Source: Geotalea uraniireducens Rf4
Lineage (GTDB): Bacteria > Desulfobacterota > Desulfuromonadia > Geobacterales > Geobacteraceae
NCBI RefSeq assembly: GCF_000016745.1
Contig: NC_009483.1
Coordinates: forward strand, 2,970,001 to 3,002,000
Length of the DNA: 32,000 nt
Reading direction: 5' to 3'
Position numbers and translations under genes: made by a program. The notes below the pieces were generated by a model. That model did no database searches. It was not told the DNA's origin and was given only the letters and a program-made list of their open reading frames with translations. This document shows positions 8,523-14,559 of the stretch, piece after piece (position 1 is the first letter of the stretch; the number at the start of each line of letters is the position of its first letter).

Positions 8523-9056
8523 ATGCAATTTAACAGATGCGCCCTGAAACTCACCGAAACAGTCGGCAAGCGCCTCAAGGATATATTCCAATGCGGACTC
8601 ACTCCCCATAAGCTGGCTCTGACCATCTGCCTTGGAATTGCCGTCGGCATTCTCCCCATCTTCTGGGGAACGACCCTGATTTGCGCTGCCCTCGCGTTCT
8701 TCCTGAGACTCAATCAGGCGGCCATCCAGGCGGTAAACTACATGGCTTATCCGCTACAGCTGGCACTTTTTTTCCCCTTTTACCGTCTGGGAGAAAGGGT
8801 TTTCCCATGGGAGAAACCCCTTTCCCCTGAAATGGCCAGCGGCGGACTCCACGGCGGTTTTACTGCAACGATCACTCACCTGGGCGGAGCTGCCCTTAAG
8901 GCAGTGGCCGCTTGGCTCATAACTGCGCCACCAGCAACCATTCTCATTTATCTGCTGCTGCTCGCGATCTTCAAAAAGAAATACCGACGGCAACTTCTCA
9001 GAAAACAGTCCGGTGAGGGCAATCTGCCGGCATCGGAACCGCTCCATGTCGTGTAA
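8523..9056 (+). CDS. DUF2062-like membrane protein
   Basis: 177 aa. ..GLTPHKLALTICLGIAVGILPIFWGTTLICAALAFFLRLNQ.. resembles the DUF2062 core. Several TM segments. Same strand, 45 nt after GH3. Confidence 0.65.
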   Translation: MQFNRCALKLTETVGKRLKDIFQCGLTPHKLALTICLGIAVGILPIFWGTTLICAALAFFLRLNQAAIQAVNYMAYPLQLALFFPFYRLGERVFPWEKPLSPEMASGGLHGGFTATITHLGGAALKAVAAWLITAPPATILIYLLLLAIFKKKYRRQLLRKQSGEGNLPASEPLHVV

Positions 9057-9195
9057 TCAATGGCAGCCGGCAATTCCATAAAAAATTAAAATTCAGCTGT
9101 CGGTTTTTATTTTCAATATAGACAACAAGTTGTCACGTTGTTTACATGTTTAAACTTTAATATTTCCGATGTCATCTGCGATACACAGATTTATC

Positions 9196-9374
9196 CAGCA
9201 GTGTCCGGTTAGATAATTGCACTGGCATCAAAAGCTGTGAAAACTATCTTTTTGCACCCTCCCCCAGCCCCTCCCATCGAAGGGAGGGGAGCTTTTATTC
9301 CCTCTCCCTTGGTGGGAGAGGGCTAGGGAGAGGGGGGGATGTGTCGGCTGCAAAAACCTAACCGGACACTGCTG
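9196..9374. mobile_element. MITE copy 1 (179 bp): 17-bp perfect terminal inverted repeats with a 9-bp target-site duplication
   Basis: Left end CAGCAGTGTCCGGTTAG (9196-9212) is the exact reverse complement of CTAACCGGACACTGCTG (9358-9374). AGATTTATC flanks both ends directly (9187-9195 and 9375-9383). No coding capacity. The interior has GC-rich hairpins (9268-9289, 9300-9322). Confidence 0.75.
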
Positions 9375-9422
9375 AGATTTATCGGATATAACAGACTGCT
9401 TCGACATGAAAGGAAGAAGTTA

Positions 9423-9893
9423 ATGACGTACAGCAGTACAAATAATAAATTTATCGGCCCCAAACAAAAAAGCCAGGTAATCAGAGTTGTAAGAAAAATG
9501 TTCGTCACAGAAGATAACCTCCACGAGATCAAGGGCCTCATATCCGCGGAACAGCATGAGAAGATCAACCCGGGAGATATCATCAGCGTCATCCTTTTTT
9601 ATAATAATTGTAATGGGACACACGGCGTAGTGACCATCTGGCATAACAAATTCATGGCCGCCATAAATATGATGGAAAATGATCTGTTTGGCGAATGGGA
9701 CGAAAAAAACAAGGTTGTCATTACTGAAGAAAAAGAGATGGCGTGGACCATTCATGGTGAAGAATTATCAGGAAGAATCGCATTTGATATATATGGTTTC
9801 GAGGGGATATTCTCCTGTGGACGATTCTTCCGTTCGAGCACGACGCATTCCTACCACCCTTTGAAAACACCGGAATGGAAAAAAATAAATTAA
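9423..9893 (+). CDS. hypothetical protein (156 aa) in an AT-rich islet
   Basis: The ORF-track start 9339 lies inside the MITE. ATG 9423 (MTYSSTNNKF..) is preceded by GAAAGGAAG. AT-rich codon usage unlike the neighbours. No domain recognised. Confidence 0.5.
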   Translation: MTYSSTNNKFIGPKQKSQVIRVVRKMFVTEDNLHEIKGLISAEQHEKINPGDIISVILFYNNCNGTHGVVTIWHNKFMAAINMMENDLFGEWDEKNKVVITEEKEMAWTIHGEELSGRIAFDIYGFEGIFSCGRFFRSSTTHSYHPLKTPEWKKIN

Positions 9894-10022
9894 TACAAAT
9901 TTCAGATACTCGTCGTAAAGATGTAACAATCCGCTGTTATTGTCTGTTCCATCGATAACATGACCATCGGCAAAGATCAGCGGATGCTCTCAGTCAGGCA
10001 GTAAAATATTTAGCAGGCAGAG

Positions 10023-10184
10023 ATGAAATTAATGGAAAAACTCAACAATCTGATCGAAATTCTGAGAGCTCTGATCAAAAGCGAATTCACCGGCTATATC
10101 AAGGTGAATTTCAGCCAGGGCGGCATCTGCAGAATCGAGAAGTTTGAAGAGATCATGAAGAACAACAACAAGCAATCCGGCTGA
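10023..10184 (+). CDS. YezD/DUF2292-like mini protein (53 aa)
   Basis: Not in the ORF track. My translation: MKLMEKLNNLIEILRALIKSEFTGYIKVNFSQGGICRIEKFEEIMKNNNKQSG. The pattern ..L..I..G.I.V....G.I..IEK.E.. resembles YezD-family proteins. Followed by a terminator. Confidence 0.4.
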   Translation: MKLMEKLNNLIEILRALIKSEFTGYIKVNFSQGGICRIEKFEEIMKNNNKQSG

Positions 10185-10246
10185 TTACCGACGCAACATA
10201 ACCAAATAGCAGGGTACTTTGCCGACCTACCCAGTAGGCCCCGGAA

Positions 10247-10291
10247 AGCCCGAATCGAGATGTGCCACGTGCGCTTGATTTGGGCTTTTTT
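10247..10291 (+). terminator. rho-independent terminator candidate
   Basis: AGCCCGAATC (10247-10256) pairs with GATTTGGGCT (10277-10286), 10 bp including one G-U, and runs into TTTTTT (10286-10291). The loop is long (20 nt). Confidence 0.5.
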
Positions 10292-10389
10292 GTTATCAGG
10301 CAGACGGGACTCAAGTAAAAGGGGGTGGAAACGGCAAACAAGCCTGAAACATTGAGTCGGCAGGCCAGCGATGGCCCGAACCAACTTCT

Positions 10390-10470
10390 AGATAAAGCCA
10401 AAACCCGGGTAACCGGGTGACGGAAAGCCACGGGCCCTGCGAATGGGCAGCCGGGTTGCCTGGGGGGATC
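10390..10470 (+). promoter_or_regulatory. candidate c-di-GMP-I (GEMM-I) class riboswitch aptamer
   Basis: GCCAAAA (10397-10403); GNRA-capped hairpin CCCGG-GUAA-CCGGG (10404-10417); GACGGAAAGCC (10419-10429, compare GACGCAAAGCC in Vc2 as I recall it); second hairpin 10431-10453; AGCCGGGUUGCC (10449-10460, compare AGCGGGGUUACC). Lies about 75 nt upstream of a PEP-CTERM gene. Confidence 0.5.
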
Positions 10471-10543
10471 GGCAGCACACGTTAATTCAAAGCAAGAAAT
10501 TAACAATCACCCAAGGAAGCATTATTAAAAAGGAGATGAAAAA

Positions 10544-11335
10544 ATGAAGAAAAAAATGATTACCCTTCTCGCAGCAGCCATGCTCACCATGAGCGCCGCA
10601 AGCAGCGCCATGGCCGCCTTCGCACAGGGCGACCTGATCCGCGTCGTTTACGACACCTTGGGGACCAAGGAAATCGCCACCAACCTCGGCTCCGTATCCG
10701 CCCTCACCTCCTACGCCAACGGCTCCATCCTCGGCGGCGGCATCGACGCCACAACCCTCGCCCAGTTCGGCGGCAGCTCTTACTCCGACCTGCGCGTAGC
10801 CTATTTTTCCAACGACAACGCAACGAGTTCGGCCTGGGTTTCCGGTACCGGCGACCTGTCCACGACCACCGCTCCCACCAACGGCTCGCTCAAATATGGC
10901 GGTTATAAAACAAATTTCGCCTCGACCATCAACCAGTACAACCTGTTCCTTTCGGCTGACGGCAAAGTCGCGACGCTTGACAACAAGAGCCTCACCAACT
11001 CCTTCTTCAATAAGATGGACAATAAAGGCGCTGCGACAGGCGGCTTTGCAAACTTTCTTCCGACCAAGCCCGCAGGCGGGGTCGTGAGCCTGGCAGCCCT
11101 GGCAACGACCGGTTATGTTGACCAAGCGCTCTACACCTGGGGCAGCACCATCTCCAACTCGGCTAATCTCGGCGTGCGCGTCGGCGACGTCCAGAAGCTG
11201 ACCCTGCGCACCTTGGCCGACGGGTCCACGGCCATCATGACGAATGCGGCCTCTACCCCGATCCCCCCCGCATTCCTGCTGATGGGCTCCGGCCTCCTCG
11301 GCATGGTCGGCATCCGCCGCAAGATGACGGCGTAA
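10544..11335 (+). CDS. PEP-CTERM sorting-domain secreted protein
   Basis: SD AGGAG at 10531-10535. Signal peptide MKKKMITLLAAAMLTMSAASSAMA. Low-complexity Ser/Thr/Gly-rich body. C-terminus ..TPIPPAFLLMGSGLLGMVGIRRKMTA has a Pro-rich motif, a TM helix and a basic tail, which is the PEP-CTERM architecture. Confidence 0.8.
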   Translation: MKKKMITLLAAAMLTMSAASSAMAAFAQGDLIRVVYDTLGTKEIATNLGSVSALTSYANGSILGGGIDATTLAQFGGSSYSDLRVAYFSNDNATSSAWVSGTGDLSTTTAPTNGSLKYGGYKTNFASTINQYNLFLSADGKVATLDNKSLTNSFFNKMDNKGAATGGFANFLPTKPAGGVVSLAALATTGYVDQALYTWGSTISNSANLGVRVGDVQKLTLRTLADGSTAIMTNAASTPIPPAFLLMGSGLLGMVGIRRKMTA

Positions 11336-11358
11336 CAGCGGCTGACATCGGCCACAAG

Positions 11359-11378
11359 GGGGCAGCCGGTGCTGCCCC
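11359..11378 (+). terminator. GC-rich hairpin between the two secreted-protein genes (weak terminator or attenuator)
   Basis: GGGGCAGC (11359-11366), loop CGGT, GCTGCCCC (11371-11378). The downstream U-tract is poor (TCATGAATT). Confidence 0.3.
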
Positions 11379-11435
11379 TCATGAATTACTCGAAACCTGA
11401 CACAATTGCATCACCAACAAAAAAGGAGAACTACA

Positions 11436-12776
11436 ATGAAGAAGAGCATGAAAACCCTCGCCCTGTCCGCCGCAATGCTGGCCATGGGCGCCACCGCCAA
11501 CGCCGCAGTGATCGACCTGAACATCTACGGCGCCTCCGCCGAGTTCCTCTTCTGGAACGCCGCGGCCCCCGGCTTTCTCACAAGCGTCCGCGGCTGCAGC
11601 GCCACCTCGCAGACCACTTCCGCTGACGGCAAGCACGAAATCACCCAGGGAACCGGCTGCGACGGCGGAGCCAATACCATCAACCTCCGCTACAGCGCCA
11701 AGGCATCCTATGACGGCATCTACGCCGTCGGCAACAAATACGACCCTACCGTTGTCGCCCCCGCTACGCAGCAGTGCCCTGGTCTGCCCGGTCAGCGCAA
11801 GATGGTAAACGGCGCCGGCAATAACGGCACCTCCTGCCAGGAAGTCCACCTGGGCGCATCCGACGTGTCCGGCGAAGCCTTTACCCAGTCTTCCGAAGGC
11901 CAGGTCTACGGCATGCGCAATGGCGGATACGTTACCAGGTACTTCTCCGGCGTCCCGACCACCGGCCTGACCTCCTACCAGCCGGTAGTGGTTCCCTTCG
12001 GCTTCTTCGCCAACAACGCCATCAAAGTTGAGAAATGCGTCGGCGGCGCTGCTGACGGCGCCCTCTGCACCGCCGCCACCGCTGCTGCCGATTGCGGCAC
12101 CGGCAGCGTCTGCACCCAGAAAACCATCGACAACATCACCCGCGAGATGGCCGTCCAGATCTTCAGCGGCAACATCCTGAGCTGGAAAGATTTCGGCGCC
12201 TCCTACTCGGTTGCCGGCGACCCGACCAACTCTGTCTATGCCTGCCTCCGTCACGCCGGCTCCGGCACCCACGCCACCTTCGACAAGGCGGTTTTCGCCG
12301 GCATTGCCAACCCGATTTCCGGCTTTGAAAACACCTCTTCTTCCCCTTACGCCTACTTCAACGACGGCGGTTCGGATGAGATCAAGTGTGTGAACGGCAA
12401 CATCGGCTCGGGCACCGGCTCCGCCATTGGCGCCATCGGCTATGCCGACGCCGACCAGTCCGTCGGGGTTTCCGGCAGCAGCCAGAACGTGGTCGCCATC
12501 AAGTACAACGGTCTTGCAGGCCGCCGCAGCGCCATCCGCAACGGCGCCTATGACTTCTTCTCCAACCAGTGGCTCTATGAGAACCCGACTAAAACCCCGT
12601 CCACTTCAGCCCAGCACACCCTGATCACCCAGTTGGTCAACTTCGCTTCCGACCCGACCCACATCCCGGCTTCCAAGGCCAATTTCTGGGCCGCAGCTTC
12701 CGAGATGACCTACAACAAGGCAGACGACAGTGCCTATCCGGCTTACGTTGGCGCAACCACTCCGATGATTCCCTAG
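11436..12776 (+). CDS. secreted PstS-like (PBP type-2) substrate-binding domain protein
   Basis: Preferred start is ATG 11436 (SD AGGAG 11424-11428, 7-nt spacer), not the track start 11406. Signal peptide MKKSMKTLALSAAMLAMGATANA. ..REMAVQIFSGNILSWKDFG.. and ..RHAGSGTHATF.. resemble PstS-family phosphate-binding proteins. Confidence 0.65.
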   Translation: MKKSMKTLALSAAMLAMGATANAAVIDLNIYGASAEFLFWNAAAPGFLTSVRGCSATSQTTSADGKHEITQGTGCDGGANTINLRYSAKASYDGIYAVGNKYDPTVVAPATQQCPGLPGQRKMVNGAGNNGTSCQEVHLGASDVSGEAFTQSSEGQVYGMRNGGYVTRYFSGVPTTGLTSYQPVVVPFGFFANNAIKVEKCVGGAADGALCTAATAAADCGTGSVCTQKTIDNITREMAVQIFSGNILSWKDFGASYSVAGDPTNSVYACLRHAGSGTHATFDKAVFAGIANPISGFENTSSSPYAYFNDGGSDEIKCVNGNIGSGTGSAIGAIGYADADQSVGVSGSSQNVVAIKYNGLAGRRSAIRNGAYDFFSNQWLYENPTKTPSTSAQHTLITQLVNFASDPTHIPASKANFWAAASEMTYNKADDSAYPAYVGATTPMIP

Positions 12777-12806
12777 TAGAACCTCCTTCATCTGCAATGT
12801 AATTTC

Positions 12807-12832
12807 AGGGCCTCGTTCGAGGCCCTTTTTTT
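12807..12832 (+). terminator. rho-independent terminator
   Basis: GGGCCTC (12808-12814), loop GTTC, GAGGCCC (12819-12825), followed by TTTTTTT (12826-12832). Lies 31 nt after the stop at 12776. Confidence 0.75.
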
Positions 12833-13022
12833 ATTCACTTCCGATTTAATACCACCCGAACAGTTATCAAGCATGTTGAATTCCCTGAATGCACAGACTT
12901 TCCATTCGCAAACAGAATTATCAACGGAACAAATCCCCCTCCATCCCCCTTTGCTAAGTGGGAAGTGATCTTCGTACCCCGAATTAACACTATCTTTGTT
13001 TCGGGTATAGTTCATTTTGCGT

Positions 13023-13229
13023 CAGCAGTGTCCGGTTTTTGCTTACGTCCCGTGGGGACAGAATGCTGGTAGCCGGAGAATTCATTCCCCGGTCATCGCG
13101 GCAAATTTCATCACGTCACGTACGTGAAGTGGGGATATTCTGGAATCTGTTCCGGGGGATGAATCCCCCGGCTACATGCGAACGCCCCTAATGGGGCTAA
13201 AAAAACTTGATGCAAAGACCTAACCGATG
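13023..13229. mobile_element. MITE copy 2 (207 bp), same family as 9196-9374, with a decayed right end
   Basis: Left end CAGCAGTGTCCGGTT (13023-13037) is identical to copy 1. Right subterminus TGCAAAGACCTAACCG matches TGCAAAAACCTAACCG of copy 1, but the last part of the inverted repeat is reduced to ATG. A 9-bp direct repeat ATTTTGCGT abuts both ends (13014-13022 and 13230-13238). Confidence 0.55.
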
Positions 13230-13238
13230 ATTTTGCGT

Positions 13239-13407
13239 AACTATTCAGCACGGCGAAGTAACGGACTGGTTTTTCAGGAGCGTGGGCATCTTGCTCATGT
13301 TTAGGGCGGGTTTATGCCCGAATACGGTTTGCTTGTAACCAATTCAAGCGATACATCCGCTTGAAACGCAGGCAGGATGCCCACGCTCCTGGATATGCTT
13401 AATAGTT
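13239..13407. repeat. 169-bp palindromic (foldback) element adjacent to MITE copy 2
   Basis: AACTATTCAGCA (13239-13250) pairs with TGCTTAATAGTT (13396-13407), 11 of 12. CAGGAGCGTGGGCATC (13275-13290) pairs perfectly with GATGCCCACGCTCCTG (13376-13391). There are inner hairpins as well. Confidence 0.5.
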
Positions 13408-13462
13408 ACGAATTTCTTCACGTTCTTTGCGACTTTGCGTGAACAAATGTTTTTCTAGGTTG

Positions 13463-13499
13463 AAAAAACCCGTACCGGCAATACCGGTACGGGTTTTTT
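13463..13499. terminator. bidirectional rho-independent terminator
   Basis: AAAAAA (13463-13468), CCCGTACCGG (13469-13478), loop CAATA, CCGGTACGGG (13484-13493), TTTTTT (13494-13499). Lies 38 nt downstream of the minus-strand stop at 13537. Confidence 0.8.
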
Positions 13500-13536
13500 C
13501 GAAACGTCACAGAAATTTATAAGGATGTGCAGCGCG

Positions 13537-14529
13537 TTATTTCTTCTGCGGCGGATAATAGCTGTTCATCGGCCGCCTGGTGCGATTCAACACCAGCCCC
13601 AGGATCTTATCCGGCGGCAGCATCCCCAGCGCCCGGTTGATGTCGTCGACAGCTGTCTCCCCTTCCCTAACCGTTACCAGGATAGTGTCGACAAGGGGGG
13701 TAAAGGCAAGTGCATCGGCTGTGGCCAGGACCGGCGGCACGTCGAAGATGACGAGCCGGTCGGGATAACGGTTCTTCAAGTCGGCCACCAGTTCCTTCAT
13801 CCGGGGCGAACCGAGCAGCTCGCTGCTGTCGCTGATGGTCCGTCCGCCGGAAATCAGGGTCAGCTTTTCGATTCCCGGCCAGACCATCAGTTCCGACACC
13901 GGACAGTCATCAAGCAGGTAGTCGCACACACCCCTGTCACTGTCGAACTTGAGGTAGTCATGGATCTTCTGCCGCCTCAGGTCGCAATCGACCAGGAGCA
14001 CCGTCTGACTGAATTCCTTGGCAAAGGTCAGGGCCAGGTTGATGGCGGTCAGCGTCTTCCCCTCTCCCGCCAACGCGCTCGTCACCATCAGGGTGTTCCC
14101 ACCCTTTTCCCGGATGCGGTGCATGATCTTGGTCCGTAATATCCGGTAAGCCTCCACCTCCGGGGCATCGGACATAAAGGCCACGCAACGGTTCTCGGCA
14201 ATTGCCCGCGGATCAAGGGTCACGGAACGGGACTGGTGATAGGTGGGAGAAACCCACCCCAGCTTCTCCATTTCCGCCGGCCTGGTAGTGAACTCGTATT
14301 GTGGAGCCTCCGGCACATGCCTCTTATGTTCCGGCAAACGTATATGCTTCTCCGTGGGGGGTGTCTTTTTCAGGTGATGCACCCGCGGTTTCAGAACAAG
14401 TCTTTCGCCTGTGCTGCTTTCATCATGCGGTTCCAATACTTCCATATGCGGTTCCAACACTTCCATATGCGGTTCCAACACATCCATAGGCGGTTCCAAC
14501 ACTTCCGTATGCGGTTCCATCGCTTCCAT
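13537..14529 (-). CDS. BY-kinase-like ATPase (PEP-CTERM-locus tyrosine autokinase type) with a repeat N-terminus
   Basis: SD AAGGAG (14539-14544) lies 9 nt before ATG 14529. Walker A ..TSALAGEGKTLTAINLA.., A' ..LLVDCDLRR.., B ..LVIFDVPP.. match the CpsD/CapB/Wzc ATPase domain. The C-terminus has only ..SYYPP.. rather than a long Tyr cluster. Confidence 0.8.
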   Translation of the reverse strand: MEAMEPHTEVLEPPMDVLEPHMEVLEPHMEVLEPHDESSTGERLVLKPRVHHLKKTPPTEKHIRLPEHKRHVPEAPQYEFTTRPAEMEKLGWVSPTYHQSRSVTLDPRAIAENRCVAFMSDAPEVEAYRILRTKIMHRIREKGGNTLMVTSALAGEGKTLTAINLALTFAKEFSQTVLLVDCDLRRQKIHDYLKFDSDRGVCDYLLDDCPVSELMVWPGIEKLTLISGGRTISDSSELLGSPRMKELVADLKNRYPDRLVIFDVPPVLATADALAFTPLVDTILVTVREGETAVDDINRALGMLPPDKILGLVLNRTRRPMNSYYPPQKK

Positions 14530-14542
14530 ATGCGGTTACTCC
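14421..14542 (-). repeat. 21-nt tandem repeat, about 5.8 copies, in frame
   Basis: GCGGTTCC anchors at 14427, 14448, 14469, 14490, 14511 and 14532 (exact 21-nt period). The repeat encodes MEAMEPH-TEVLEPP-MDVLEPH-MEVLEPH-MEVLEPH at the kinase N-terminus. The last partial unit runs into the SD region. Confidence 0.9.
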
Positions 14543-14559
14543 TTCCTTTACAGGTTGGC

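Noticed and set aside
9223-9237. Sigma-54-like promoter TGGCAT-N-GCTG.
   Set aside because: The GG-to-GC spacing is 2 nt short of the -24/-12 consensus, and the site lies inside the MITE.
9339-9422. The ORF-track start at 9339 for the 184-aa frame.
   Set aside because: The first 36 nt lie inside the MITE (ending at 9374) and its flanking duplication. An internal ATG at 9423 with a purine-rich SD-like sequence is more plausible.
10300-10389. A second, tandem GEMM-like aptamer upstream (GGCAAAC at about 10332-10338).
   Set aside because: GGCAAAC sits in the loop of a different hairpin (GACTCAA 10308-10314 / TTGAGTC 10352-10358). No GNRA hairpin or ACGCAAAGC-type junction follows. It may be structured, but it does not fit the class.
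10536-10547. Tiny upstream ORF ATG-AAA-AAA-TGA overlapping the PEP-CTERM gene start.
   Set aside because: Its ATG directly abuts the SD (zero spacer), so initiation is unlikely. It is a by-product of the A-rich initiation region.
11406-11435. Upstream start (MHHQQKRRTT..) for the PstS-like protein.
   Set aside because: ATG 11436 has a well-spaced AGGAG and begins a canonical signal peptide. The extension has no SD.
12788-13015. 75-aa ORF on the minus strand, and similarly 18133-18441(+).
   Set aside because: Both run through repeat or palindrome modules (the PLSKGGWRG-type and ARQASPLPL-type translations are typical of GC-rich REP-like sequence), and both lack an SD and any coding context.
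14421-14542. Possible CRISPR array, because of the regular short repeats.
   Set aside because: The units are directly adjacent (21-nt period) with no spacers, and they are in frame within a coding region. This is a coding tandem repeat.
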